Shown in pieces: positions 19,699-39,053 of a DNA stretch of 64,000 nt. The notes under the pieces were generated by a model that worked only from the letters and a program-made list of their open reading frames with translations, was not told the DNA's origin and made no database searches. Numbering within the stretch: position 1 is the first letter of the stretch; each line of letters starts with the position of its first letter. Source of the DNA: the human T2T-CHM13v2.0 reference genome, Homo sapiens; NCBI RefSeq assembly GCF_009914755.1, contig NC_060948.1; one strand, given 5' to 3'. The translations under genes were made by a program, and so were the position numbers.

Positions 19699-21803
19699 AG
19701 ATCCATATTTTTTAAATGAAAAAAAATTTCAAAGGTACTCTGCTTGGTACAATAATCAAATGTATAAACTGAGGAATAAAACATAACCATGAAACCTACT
19801 TATAACTGCATATGGAAAATACAGAGGATAATTTTTTAAATAACATATTTTGAAAGCCTTAACTAGTAATTTGAAGAGCTGGCATTTGAAAGGCCAGTAT
19901 GAATATACCTTCAAAGCAGCAACACAGGTTCCCCATGAGAAAAAGCAAACACAGGGAAAATAAAACCACAAAGGTTCAATCTCTTCTGACCTTTGAAAGA
20001 CACAGCACAGACAGTGGTCCTTAGGACGAAGAGCAGGAGACCCCTAATTCCGTCACCATGGCGATAGGGCATAAACATTGCTGGGTGAGGGCACAATCCA
20101 CATTGTGAGGTCCAACTGCTGCCAGGAAGACAGGAGTGCTTTTACATAGACCGAAAGGTCATTGAAGGCTCAGAGTTTTCTTTCAAGAACTGAATCCCAA
20201 GCCCACACGTTATTAGGCTGCGCTTCTTAAAACAAGTTATGAGATGGGAAAAAGGGCACCCACAAACATACGTATACATTATGTATATAATAATATACAG
20301 TATCATATATATAATATATATAACCTATGTATAATATTGTTTTACATCCTGCATCTTATGTTATATATATTGTATAAAATATAATAATTGATAATATATA
20401 AGTTTTATAATTATACAATATGACATATAGTATATATTATAATTTATGACATATATAATATATGTTATATGTCATATATAGAATATATTATACGGTTAAT
20501 ATACGTATTAAATATAAATTATACATTATATATATTATATATAATATATCTGTTATATATAATACCCATTATGCATAATATATATATTATGTCTATGTTA
20601 TATATAGTATAAAACAACATATAATAATATATAATTGTATATATAAAATGCGACATATAATATATATTATATTTTATTACATATGTAATATATATTATAT
20701 ATTATATATAATACGTTGTATGTATAATACCTATATTAAATATATATTATATGACTATGTTATTAATTACATGTCACATGCGTTATATATTATATATTTT
20801 ACATAGAATATACCGGTTACATACAATATATACTATGTTACCTATAATGTATAATTTATTACATGTAAAATAAAGAATGCAATATATTATGTAAAATTTA
20901 TAATATACCATATGTGGAATGTGATATATATAACATATAATATATGATATATGATGTACAGTATATGATATATAACATACAATATATGATTCCTAATATA
21001 TATGGTATACAATATATATTTTATGTTATGTATTCTATATGTTTTATATTCTGTTATATATAACTATTTGAAATTATATATAACTGTATAATATTTTATG
21101 TAAATATGTAATATAATATATATAACTATATAATATATTATATATAACTATATATTATGTTATATATACTTTTATAACATAATTTACATAAAATATCATA
21201 ATATAATATATATTATATTATTTCATATTACATAATATATATTACATATCACCCAATATAACTAACATACATAATATTATAATATAGATTATATTATGTT
21301 ATATTAAATATCATATATATCATGTATCATATATTCTATAATATATATTACACCTTATATAATATGTATGTTGTCTATTATGTGATATATATAACTATAT
21401 ATATAATTATATTTTTATACATATAACTAGATAAACATGTAATTCTACATATTTCCATTTATAATATGTAGAATTATATAATCATATATAATTATTTATA
21501 TTCTATAAAAAATTTTATCATTATATAAATTATAATATATAAAAATTATAATATGTACTACAAATATATATATTATATATCATATATGATATAGTACCTT
21601 TGTTATATATCATAATACATATAAATGTGTATTATGTTATCTATAATTATATAATTTCATATATAAGATGTATAATATGTATCATATATTATATATGTTA
21701 TGTAATATATATAGTATATATAAGATGACACAGGATAAATATTATATACTATGACATATAAAATATATGAGGTTATATGTTACATATAAGGCATAGCACA
21801 TAA

Positions 21804-22118
<315 letters not shown>

Positions 22119-24246
22119 AGATCCATCTTTTTTAAATGAAAAAAAATTTCAAAGGTACTCTGCTTGGTACAATAATCAAATGTATAAACTGAGGAATAAA
22201 ACATAACCATGAAACCTACTTATAACTGCATACGGAAAATACAGAGGATAATTTTTTAAATAACATATTTTGAAAGCCTTAACTAGTAATTTGAAGAGCT
22301 GGCATTTGAAAGGCCAGTATGAATATACCTTCAAAGCAGCAACACAGGTTCCCCATGAGAAAAAGCAAACACAGGGAAAATAAAACCACAAAGGTTCAAT
22401 CTCTTCTGACCTTTGAAAGACACAGCACAGACAGTGGTCCTTAGGACGAAGAGCAGGAGACCCCTAATTCCGTCACCATGGCGATAGGGCATAAACATTG
22501 CTGGGTGAGGGCACAATCCACATTGTGAGGTCCAACTGCTGCCAGGAAGACAGGAGTGCTTTTACATAGACCGAAAGGTCATTGAAGGCTCAGAGTTTTC
22601 TTTCAAGAACTGAATCCCAAGCCCACACGTTATTAGGCTGCGCTTCTTAAAACAAGTTATGAGATGGGAAAAAGGGCACCCACAAACATACGTATACATT
22701 ATGTATATAATAATATACAGTATCATATATATAATATATATAACCTATGTATAATATTGTTTTACATCCTGCATCTTATGTTATATATATTGTATAAAAT
22801 ATAATAATTGATAATATATAAGTTTTATAATTATACAATATGACATATAGTATATATTATAATTTATGACATATATAATATATGTTATATGTCATATATA
22901 GAATATATTATACGGTTAATATACGTATTAAATATAAATTATACATTATATATATTATATATAATATATCTGTTATATATAATACCCATTATGCATAATA
23001 TATATATTATGTCTATGTTATATATAGTATAAAACAACATATAATAATATATAATTGTATATATAAAATGCGACATATAATATATATTATATTTTATAAC
23101 ATATGTAATATATATTATATATTATATATAATACGTTGTATGTATAATACCTATATTAAATATATATTATATGACTATGTTATTAATTACGTGTCACATG
23201 TGTTATATATTATATATTTTACATAGAATATACCGGTTACATACAATATATACTATGTTACCTATAATGTATAATTTATTACATGTAAAATAAACAATGC
23301 AATATATTATGTATAATTTATAATATACAATATGTGGAATGTGATATATATAACATATAATATATGATATATGATATACAGTATATGATATATAACATAC
23401 AATATATGATTCCTAATATATATGGTATACAATATATATTTTATGATATGTATTCTATATGTTTTATATTCTGTTATATATAACTATTTGAAATTATATA
23501 TAACTGTATAATATTTTATGTAAATATGTAATATAATATATATAACTATATAATATATTATATATAACTATATATTATGTTATATATACTTTTATAACAT
23601 AATTTACATAAAATATCATAATATAATATATATTATATTATTTCATATTACATAATATATATTACATATCACCCAATATAACTAACATACATAATATTAT
23701 AATATAGATTATATTGTGTTATATTAAATATCATATATATCATGTATCATATATTCTATAATATATATTACACATTATATAATATGTATGTTGTCTATTA
23801 TGTGATATATATAACTATATATATAATTATATTTTTATACATATAACTAGATAAACATGTAATTCTACATATTTTCATTTATAATATGTATAATTATATA
23901 ATCATATATAATTATTTATATTCTATAAAAAATTTTATTATTATATAAATTATAATATATAAAAATTATAATATGTACTACAAATATATATATTATATAT
24001 CATATATGATATAGTACTATTGTTATATTTCATAATACATATAAATGTGTATTATGTTATCTATAATTATATAATTTCATATATAAGATGTATAATATGT
24101 ATCATAAATTATATATGTTGTGTAATATATATAGTATATATAAGATGACACAGGATAAATATTATATACTATGACATATAAAATATATGAGGTTATATGT
24201 TACATATAAGGCATAGCACATAACATGTAATATATATCATATATAA

Positions 24247-24538
24247 TTTTTTTTTAGACAGAATCTTGTCCTGTTGCACAGGGTGGGGTACAATGGCGCC
24301 ATCTTTGCTGACTGCAAATTCTGCCTCACGGGTCCAAGCGATTGTCCTCCCTCAGCCTCCCAGGTAGCTGGGACTACACCACACTGGGACTACACCAGCT
24401 GCCACCATGCCTAGCTAATTTTTTGGATTTTTAGTAGTGACAGCGTTTCACTGTATTGGCCAGGATGGTCTTGATCTCTTCACCTTGTGATCCCCTTGCC
24501 TTGGCCTCCAAATTTGCTGGGATTACAGGCCTGAGCCA
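24247..24538 (-). mobile_element. Diverged Alu, U11
   Basis: Copy with gctgactgcaaa variant. Confidence 0.95.
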
Positions 24539-26643
24539 AGATCCATATTTTTTAAATGAAAAAAAATTTCAAAGGTACTCTGCTTGGTACAATAATCAAA
24601 TGTATAAACTGAGGAATAAAACATAACCATGAAACCTACTTATAACTGCATATGGAAAATACAGAGGATAATTTTTTAAATAACATATTTTGAAAGCCTT
24701 AACTAGTAATTTGAAGAGTTGGCATTTGAAAGGCCAGTATGAATATACCTTCAAAGCAGCAACACAGGTTCCCCATGAGAAAAAGCAAACACAGGGAAAA
24801 TAAAAACACAAAGGTTCAATCTCTTCTGACCTTTGAAAGACACAGCACAGACAGTGGTCCTTAGGACGAAGAGCAGGAGACCCCTAATTCCGTCACCATG
24901 GCGATAGGGCATAAACATTGCTGGGTGAGGGCACAATCCACATTGTGAGGTCCAACTGCTGCCAGGAAGACAGGAGTGCTTTTACATAGACCGAAAGGTC
25001 ATTGAAGGCTCAGAGTTTTCTTTCAAGAACTGAATCCCAAGCCCACACGTTATTAGGCTGCGCTTCTTAAAACAAGTTATGAGATGGGAAAAAGGGCACC
25101 CACAAACATACGTATACATTATGTATATAATAATATACAGTATCATATATATAATATATATAACCTATGTATAATATTGTTTTACATCCTGCATCTTATG
25201 TTATATATATTGTATAAAATATAATAATTGATAATATATAAGTTTTATAATTATACAATATGACATATAGTATATATTATAATTTATGACATATATAATA
25301 TATGTTATATGTCATATATAGAATATATTATACGGTTAATATACGTATTAAATATAAATTATACATTATATATATTATATATAATATATCTGTTATATAT
25401 AATACCCATTATGCATAATATATATATTATGTCTATGTTATATATAGCATAAAACAACATATAATAATATATAATTGTATATATAAAATGCGACATATAA
25501 TATATATTATATTTTATTACATATGTAATATATATTATATATTATATATAATACGTTGTATGTATAATACCTATATTAAATATATATTATATGACTATGT
25601 TATTAATTACATGTCACATGCGTTATATATTATATATTTTATATAGAATATACCGGTTACATACAATATATACTATGTTACCTATAATGTATAATTTATT
25701 ACATGTAAAATAAAGAATGCAATATATTATGTAAAATTTATAATATACCATATGTGGAATGTGATACATATAACATATAATATATGATATATGATGTACA
25801 GTATATGATATATAACATACAATATATGATTCCTAATATATATGGTATACAATATATATTTTATGATATGTATTCTATATGTTTTATATTCTGTTATATA
25901 TAACTATTTGAAATTATATATAACTGTATAATATTTTATGTAAATATGTAATATAATATATATAACTATAAAATATATTATATATAACTATATATTATGT
26001 TATATATACTTTTATAACATAATTTACATAAAATATCATAATATAATATATATTATATTATTTCATATTACATAATATATATTACATATCACCCAATATA
26101 ACTAACATACATAATATTATAATATAGATTATATTATGTTATATTAAATATCATATATATCATGTATCATATATTCTATAATATATATTACACCTTATAT
26201 AATATGTATGTTGTCTATTATGTGATATATATAACTATATATATAATTATATTTTTATACATATAACTAGACAAACATGTAATTCTACATATTTTCATTT
26301 ATAATATGTAGAATTATATAATCATATATAATTATTTATATTCTATAAAAAATTTTATCATTATATAAATTATAATATATAAAAATTATAATATGTACTA
26401 CAAATATATATATTATATATCATATATGATATAGTACCTTTGTTATATATCATAATACATATAAATGTGTATTATGTTATCTATAATTATATAATTTCAT
26501 ATATAAGATGTATAATATGTATCATATATTATATATGTTATGTAATATATATAGTATATATAAGATGACACAGGATAAATATTATATACTATGACATATA
26601 AAATATATGAGGTTATATGTTACATATAAGGCATAGCACATAA

Positions 26644-26958
<315 letters not shown>

Positions 26959-29060
26959 AGATCCATCTTTTTTAAATGAAAAAAAATTTCAAAGGTACTC
27001 TGCTTGGTACAATAATCAAATGTATAAACTGAGGAATAAAACATAACCATGAAACCTACTTATAACTGCATATGGAAAATACAGAGGATAATTTTTTAAA
27101 TAACATATTTTGAAAGCCTTAACTAGTAATTTGAAGAGCTGGCATTTGAAAGTCCAGTATGAATATACCTTCAAAGCAGCAACACAGGTTCCCCATGAGA
27201 AAAAGCAAACACAGGGAAAATAAAAACACAAAGGTTCAATCTCTTCTGACCTTTGAAAGACACAGCACAGACAGTGGTCCTTAGGACGAAGAGCAGGAGA
27301 CCCCTAATTCCGTCACCATGGCGATAGGGCATAAACATTGCTGGGTGAGGGCACAATCCACATTGTGAGGTCCAACTGCTGCCAGGAAGACAGGAGTGCT
27401 TTTACATAGACCGAAAGGTCATTGAAGGCTCAGAGTTTTCTTTCAAGAACTGAATCCCAAGCCCACACGTTATTAGGCTGCGCTTCTTAAAACAAGTTAT
27501 GAGATGGGAAAAAGGGCACCCACAAACATACGTATACATTATGTGTATAATAATATACAGTATCATATATATAATATATATAACCTATGTATAATATTGT
27601 TTTACATCCTGCATCTTATGTTATATATATTGTATAAAATATAATAATTGATAATATATAAGTTTTATAATTATACAATATGACATATAGTATATATTAT
27701 AATTTATGACATATATAATATATGTTATATGTCATATATAGAATATATTATACGGTTAATATACGTATTAAATATAAATTATACATTATATATATTATAT
27801 ATAATATATCTGTTATATATAATACCCATTATGCATAATATATATATTATGTCTATGTTATATATAGTATAAAACAACATATAATAATATATAATTGTAT
27901 ATATAAAATGCGACATATAATATATATTATATTTTATTACATATGTAATATATATTATATATTATATATAATACGTTGTATGTATAATACCTATATTAAA
28001 TATATATTATATGACTATGTTATTAATTACATGTCACATGCGTTATATATTATATATTTTACATAGAATATACCGGTTACATACAATATATACTATGTTA
28101 CCTATAATGTATAATTTATTACATGTAAAATAAAGAATGCAATATATTATGTAAAATTTATAATATACCATATGTGGAATGTGATATATATAACATATAA
28201 TATATGATATATGATGTACAGTATATGATATATAACATACAATATATGATTCCTAATATATATGGTATACAATATATATTTTATGTTATGTATTCTATAT
28301 GTTTTATATTCTGTTATATATAACTATTTGAAATTATATATAACTGTATAATATTTTATGTAAATATGTAATATAATATATATAACTATATAATATATTA
28401 TATATAACTATATATTATGTTATATATACTTTTATAACATAATTTACATAAAATATCATAATATAATATATATTATATTATTTCATATTACATAATATAT
28501 ATTACATATCACCCAATATAACTAACATACATATTATAATATAGATTATATTGTGTTATATTAAATATCATATATATCATGTATCATATATTCTATAATA
28601 TGTATTACACCTTATATAATATGTATGTTGTCTATTATGTGATATATATAACTATATATATAATTATATTTTTATACATGTAACTAGATAAACATGTAAT
28701 TCTACATATTTCCATTTACAATATGTAGAATTATATAATCATATATAATTATTTATATTCTATAAAAAATTTTATCATTATATAAATTATAATATATAAA
28801 AATTATAATATGTACTACAAATATATATATTATATATCATATATGATATAGTACCATTGTTATATTTCATAATACATATAAATGTGTATTATGTTATCTA
28901 TAATTATATAATTTCATATATAAGATGTATAATATGTATCATAAATTATATATGTTATGTAATATATATAGTATATATAAGATGACACAGGATAAATATT
29001 ATATACTATGACATAGAAAATATATGAGGTTATATGTTACATATAAGGCATAGCACATAA

Positions 29061-29375
<315 letters not shown>

Positions 29376-31480
29376 AGATCCATATTTTTTAAATGAAAAA
29401 AAATTTCAAAGGTACTCTGCTTGGTACAATAATCAAATGTATAAACTGAGGAATAAAACATAACCATGAAACCTACTTATAACTGCATATGGAAAATACA
29501 GAGGATAATTTTTTAAATAACATATTTTGAAAGCCTTAACTAGTAATTTGAAGAGTTGGCATTTGAAAGGCCAGTATGAATATACCTTCAAAGCAGCAAC
29601 ACAGGTTCCCCATGAGAAAAAGCAAACACAGGGAAAATAAAAACACAAAGGTTCAATCTCTTCTGACCTTTGAAAGACACAGCACAGACAGTGGTCCTTA
29701 GGACGAAGAGCAGGAGACCCCTAATTCCGTCACCATGGCGATAGGGCATAAACATTGCTGGGTGAGGGCACAATCCACATTGTGAGGTCCAACTGCTGCC
29801 AGGAAGACAGGAGTGCTTTTACATAGACCGAAAGGTCATTGAAGGCTCAGAGTTTTCTTTCAAGAACTGAATCCCAAGCCCACACGTTATTAGGCTGCGC
29901 TTCTTAAAACAAGTTATGAGATGGGAAAAAGGGCACCCACAAACATACGTATACATTATGTGTATAATAATATACAGTATCATATATATAATATATATAA
30001 CCTATGTATAATATTGTTTTACATCCTGCATCTTATGTTATATATATTGTATAAAATATAATAATTGATAATATATAAGTTTTATAATTATACAATATGA
30101 CATATAGTATATATTATAATTTATGACATATATAATATATGTTATATGTCATATATAGAATATATTATACGGTTAATATACGTATTAAATATAAATTATA
30201 CATTATATATATTATATATAATATATCTGTTATATATAATACCCATTATGCATAATATATATATTATGTCTATGTTATATATAGTATAAAACAACATATA
30301 ATAATATATAATTGTATATATAAAATGCGACATATAATATATATTATATTTTATAACATATGTAATATATATTATATATTATATATAATACGTTGTATGT
30401 ATAATACCAATATTAAATATATATTATATGACTATGTTATTAATTACATGTCACATGTGTTATATATTATATATTTTACATAGAATATACCGGTTACATA
30501 CAATATATACTATGTTACCTATAATGTATAATTTATTACATGTAAAATAAACAATGCAATATATTATGTATAATATATAATATACAATATGTGGAATGTG
30601 ATATATATAACATATAATATATGATATATGATATACAGTATATGATATATAACATACAATATATGATTCCTAATATATATGGTATACAATATATATTTTA
30701 TGATATGTATTCTATATGTTTTATATTCTGTTATATATAACTATTTGAAATTATATATAACTGTATAATATTTTATGTAAATATGTAATATAATATATAT
30801 AACTATATAATATATTATATATAACTATATATTATGTTATATATACTTTTATAACATAATTTACATAAAATATCATAATATAATATATATTATATTATTT
30901 CATATTACATAATATATATTACATATCACCCAATATAACTAACATACATAATATTATAATATAGATTATATTGTGTTATATTAAATATCATATATATCAT
31001 GTATCATATATTCTATAATATGTATTACACATTATATAATATGTATGTTGTCTATTATGTGATATATATAACTATATATATAATTATATTTTTATACATG
31101 TAACTAGATAAACATGTAATTCTACATATTTTCATTTATAATATGTATAATTATATAATCATATATAATTATTTATATTCTATAAAAAATTTTATAATTA
31201 TATAAATTATAATATATAAAAATTATAATATGTACTACAAATATATATATTATATATCATATATGATATAGTACCATTGTTATATTTCATAATACATATA
31301 AATGTGTATTATGTTATCTATAATTATATAATTTCATATATAAGATGTATAATATGTATCATAAATTATATATGTTATGTAATATATATAGTATATATAA
31401 GATGACACAGGATAAATATTATATACTATGACATATAAAATATATGAGGTTATATGTTACATATAAGGCATAGCACATAA

Positions 31481-31795
<315 letters not shown>

Positions 31796-33900
31796 AGATC
31801 CATATTTTGTAAATGAAAAAAAATTTCAAAGGTACTCTGCTTGGTACAATAATCAAATGTATAAACTGAGGAATAAAACATAACCATGAAACCTACTTAT
31901 AACTGCATATGGAAAATACAGAGGATAATTTTTTAAATAACATATTTTGAAAGCCTTAACTAGTAATTTGAAGAGTTGGCATTTGAAAGGCCAGTATGAA
32001 TATACCTTCAAAGCAGCAACACAGGTTCCCCATGAGAAAAAGCAAACACAGGGAAAATAAAAACACAAAGGTTCAATCTCTTCTGACCTTTGAAAGACAC
32101 AGCACAGACAGTGGTCCTTAGGACGAAGAGCAGGAGACCCCTAATTCCGTCACCATGGCGATAGGGCATAAACATTGCTGGGTGAGGGCACAATCCACAT
32201 TGTGAGGTCCAACTGCTGCCAGGAAGACAGGAGTGCTTTTACATAGACCGAAAGGTCATTGAAGGCTCAGAGTTTTCTTTCAAGAACTGAATCCCAAGCC
32301 CACACGTTATTAGGCTGCGCTTCTTAAAACAAGTTATGAGATGGGAAAAAGGGCACCCACAAACATACGTATACATTATGTGTATAATAATATACAGTAT
32401 CATATATATAATATATATAACCTATGTATAATATTGTTTTACATCCTGCATCTTATGTTATATATATTGTATAAAATATAATAATTGATAATATATAAGT
32501 TTTATAATTATACAATATGACATATAGTATATATTATAATTTATGACATATATAATATATGTTATATGTCATATATAGAATATATTATACGGTTAATATA
32601 CGTATTAAATATAAATTATACATTATATATATTATATATAATATATCTGTTATATATAATACCCATTATGCATAATATATATATTATGTCTATGTTATAT
32701 ATAGTATAAAACAACATATAATAATATATAATTGTATATATAAAATGCGACATATAATATATATTATATTTTATAACATATGTAATATATATTATATATT
32801 ATATATAATACGTTGTATGTATAATACCAATATTAAATATATATTATATGACTATGTTATTAATTACATGTCACATGTGTTATATATTATATATTTTACA
32901 TAGAATATACCGGTTACATACAATATATACTATGTTACCTATAATGTATAATTTATTACATGTAAAATAAACAATGCAATATATTATGTATAATATATAA
33001 TATACAATATGTGGAATGTGATATATATAACATATAATATATGATATATGATATACAGTATATGATATATAACATACAATATATGATTCCTAATATATAT
33101 GGTATACAATATATATTTTATGATATGTATTCTATATGTTTTATATTCTGTTATATATAACTATTTGAAATTATATATAACTGTATAATATTTTATGTAA
33201 ATATGTAATATAATATATATAACTATATAATATATTATATATAACTATATATTATGTTATATATACTTTTATAACATAATTTACATAAAATATCATAATA
33301 TAATATATATTATATTATTTCATATTACATAATATATATTACATATCACCCAATATAACTAACATACATAATATTATAATATAGATTATATTGTGTTATA
33401 TTAAATATCATATATATCATGTATCATATATTCTATAATATGTATTACACATTATATAATATGTATGTTGTCTATTATGTGATATATATAACTATATATA
33501 TAATTATATTTTTATACATGTAACTAGATAAACATGTAATTCTACATATTTTCATTTATAATATGTATAATTATATAATCATATATAATTATTTATATTC
33601 TATAAAAAATTTTATAATTATATAAATTATAATATATAAAAATTATAATATGTACTACAAATATATATATTATATATCATATATGATATAGTACCATTGT
33701 TATATTTCATAATACATATAAATGTGTATTATGTTATCTATAATTATATAATTTCATATATAAGATGTATAATGTGTATCATAAATTATATATGTTATGT
33801 AATATATATAGTATATATAAGATGACACAGGATAAATATTATATACTATGACATATAAAATATATGAGGTTATATGTTACATATAAGGCATAGCACATAA

Positions 33901-34215
<315 letters not shown>

Positions 34216-36318
34216 AGATCCATATTTTGTAAATGAAAAAAAATTTCAAAGGTACTCTGCTTGGTACAATAATCAAATGTATAAACTGAGGAATAAAACA
34301 TAACCATGAAACCTACTTATAACTGCATATGGAAAATACAGAGGATAATTTTTTAAATAACATATTTTGAAAGCCTTAACTAGTAATTTGAAGAGTTGGC
34401 ATTTGAAAGGCCAGTATGAATATACCTTCAAAGCAGCAACACAGGTTCCCCATGAGAAAAAGCAAACACAGGGAAAATAAAAACACAAAGGTTCAATCTC
34501 TTCTGACCTTTGAAAGACACAGCACAGACAGTGGTCCTTAGGACGAAGAGCAGGAGACCCCTAATTCCGTCACCATGGCGATAGGGCATAAACATTGCTG
34601 GGTGAGGGCACAATCCACATTGTGAGGTCCAACTGCTGCCAGGAAGACAGGAGTGCTTTTACATAGACCGAAAGGTCATTGAAGGCTCAGAGTTTTCTTT
34701 CAAGAACTGAATCCCAAGCCCACACGTTATTAGGCTGCGCTTCTTAAAACAAGTTATGAGATGGGAAAAAGGGCACCCACAAACATACGTATACATTATG
34801 TGTATAATAATATACAGTATCATATATATAATATATATAACCTATGTATAATATTGTTTTACATCCTGCATCTTATGTTATATATATTGTATAAAATATA
34901 ATAATTGATAATATATAAGTTTTATAATTATACAATATGACATATAGTATATATTATAATTTATGACATATATAATATATGTTATATGTCATATATAGAA
35001 TATATTATACGGTTAATATACGTATTAAATATAAATTATACATTATATATATTATATATAATATATCTGTTATATATAATACCCATTATGCATAATATAT
35101 ATATTATGTCTATGTTATATATAGTATAAAACAACATATAATAATATATAATTGTATATATAAAATGCGACATATAATATATATTATATTTTATAACATA
35201 TGTAATATATATTATATATTATATATAATACGTTGTATGTATAATACCAATATTAAATATATATTATATGACTATGTTATTAATTACATGTCACATGTGT
35301 TATATATTATATATTTTACATAGAATATACCGGTTACATACAATATATACTATGTTACCTATAATGTATAATTTATTACATGTAAAATAAACAATGCAAT
35401 ATATTATGTATAATATATAATATACAATATGTGGAATGTGATATATATAACATATAATATATGATATATGATATACAGTATATGATATATAACATACAAT
35501 ATATGATTCCTAATATATATGGTATACAATATATATTTTATGATATGTATTCTATATGTTTTATATTCTGTTATATATAACTATTTGAAATTATATATAA
35601 CTGTATAATATTTTATGTAAATATGTAATATAATATATATAACTATATAATATATTATATATAACTATATATTATGTTATATATACTTTTATAACATAAT
35701 TTACATAAAATATCATAATATAATATATATTATATTATTTCATATTACATAATATATATTACATATCACCCAATATAACTAACATACATAATATTATAAT
35801 ATAGATTATATTGTGTTATATTAAATATCATATATATCATGTATCATATATTCTATAATATGTATTACACATTATATAATATGTATGTTGTCTATTATGT
35901 GATATATATAACTATATATAATTATATTTTTATACATATAACTAGATAAACATGTAATTCTACATATTTTCATTTATAACATGTATAATTATATAATCAT
36001 ATATAATTATTTATATTCTATAAAAAATTTTATCATTATATAAATTATAATATATAAAAATTATAATATGTACTACAAATATATATATTATATATCATAT
36101 ATGATATAGTACCATTGTTATATTTCATAATACATATAAATGTGTATTATGTTATCTATAATTATATAATTTCATATATAAGATGTATAATGTGTATCAT
36201 AAATTATATATGTTATGTAATATATATAGTATATATAAGATGACACAGGATAAATATTATATACTATGACATATAAAATATATGAGGTTATATGTTACAT
36301 ATAAGGCATAGCACATAA

Positions 36319-36633
<315 letters not shown>

Positions 36634-38761
36634 AGATCCATATTTTTTAAATGAAAAAAAATTTCAAAGGTACTCTGCTTGGTACAATAATCAAATGTAT
36701 AAACTGAGGAATAAAACATAACCATGAAACCTACTTATAACTGCATATGGAAAATACAGAGGATAATTTTTTAAATAACATATTTTGAAAGCCTTAACTA
36801 GTAATTTGAAGAGTTGGCATTTGAAAGGCCAGTATGAATATACCTTCAAAGCAGCAACACAGGTTCCCCATGAGAAAAAGCAAACACAGGGAAAATAAAA
36901 ACACAAAGGTTCAATCTCTTCTGACCTTTGAAAGACACAGCACAGACAGTGGTCCTTAGGACGAAGAGCAGGAGACCCCTAATTCCGTCACCATGGCGAT
37001 AGGGCATAAACATTGCTGGGTGAGGGCACAATCCACATTGTGAGGTCCAACTGCTGCCAGGAAGACAGGAGTGCTTTTACATAGACCGAAAGGTCATTGA
37101 AGGCTCAGAGTTTTCTTTCAAGAACTGAATCCCAAGCCCACACGTTATTAGGCTGCGCTTCTTAAAACAAGTTATGAGATGGGAAAAAGGGCACCCACAA
37201 ACATACGTATACATTATGTATATAATAATATACAGTATCATATATATAATATATATAACCTATGTATAATATTGTTTTACATCCTGCATCTTATGTTATA
37301 TATATTGTATAAAATATAATAATTGATAATATATAAGTTTTATAATTATACAATATGACATATAGTATATATTATAATTTATGACATATATAATATATGT
37401 TATATGTCATATATAGAATATATTATACGGTTAATATACGTATTAAATATAAATTATACATTATATATATTATATATAATATATCTGTTATATATAATAC
37501 CCATTATGCATAATATATATATTATGTCTATGTTATATATAGTATAAAACAACATATAATAATATATAATTGTATATATAAAATGCGACATATAATATAT
37601 ATTATATTTTATAACATATGTAATATATATTATATATTATATATAATACGTTGTATGTATAATACCTATATTAAATATATATTATATGACTATGTTATTA
37701 ATTACGTGTCACATGTGTTATATATTATATATTTTACATAGAATATACCGGTTACATACAATATATACTATGTTACCTATAATGTATAATTTATTACATG
37801 TAAAATAAACAATGCAATATATTATGTATAATTTATAATATACAATATGTGGAATGTGATATATATAACATATAATATATGATATATGATATACAGTATA
37901 TGATATATAACATACAATATATGATTCCTAATATATATGGTATACAATATATATTTTATGATATGTATTCTATATGTTTTATATTCTGTTATATATAACT
38001 ATTTGAAATTATATATAACTGTATAATATTTTATGTAAATATGTAATATAATATATATAACTATATAATATATTATATATAACTATATATTATGTTATAT
38101 ATACTTTTATAACATAATTTACATAAAATATCATAATATAATATATATTATATTATTTCATATTACATAATATATATTACATATCACCCAATATAACTAA
38201 CATACATAATATTATAATATAGATTATATTGTGTTATATTAAATATCATATATATCATGTATCATATATTCTATAATATATATTACACATTATATAATAT
38301 GTATGTTGTCTATTATGTGATATATATAACTATATATATAATTATATTTTTATACATATAACTAGATAAACATGTAATTCTACATATTTTCATTTATAAT
38401 ATGTATAATTATATAATCATATATAATTATTTATATTCTATAAAAAATTTTATCATTATATAAATTATAATATATAAAAATTATAATATGTACTACAAAT
38501 ATATATATTATATATCATATATGATATAGTACTATTGTTATATTTCATAATACATATAAATGTGTATTATGTTATCTATAATTATATAATTTCATATATA
38601 AGATGTATAATATGTATCATAAAATATATATGTTGTGTAATATATATAGTATATATAAGATGACACAGGATAAATATTATATACTATGACATATAAAATA
38701 TATGAGGTTATATGTTACATATAAGGCATAGCACATAACATGTAATATATATCATATATAA

Positions 38762-39053
38762 TTTTTTTTTAGACAGAATCTTGTCCTGTTGCACAGGGTG
38801 GGGTACAATGGCGCCATCTTTGCTGACTGCAAATTCTGCCTCACGGGTCCAAGCGATTGTCCTCCCTCAGCCTCCCAGGTAGCTGGGACTACACCACACT
38901 GGGACTACACCAGCTGCCACCATGCCTAGCTAATTTTTTGGATTTTTAGTAGTGACAGCGTTTCACTGTATTGGCCAGGATGGTCTTGATCTCTTCACCT
39001 TGTGATCCCCTTGCCTTGGCCTCCAAATTTGCTGGGATTACAGGCCTGAGCCA
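38762..39053 (-). mobile_element. Diverged Alu, U17
   Basis: Copy with gctgactgcaaa variant. Confidence 0.95.
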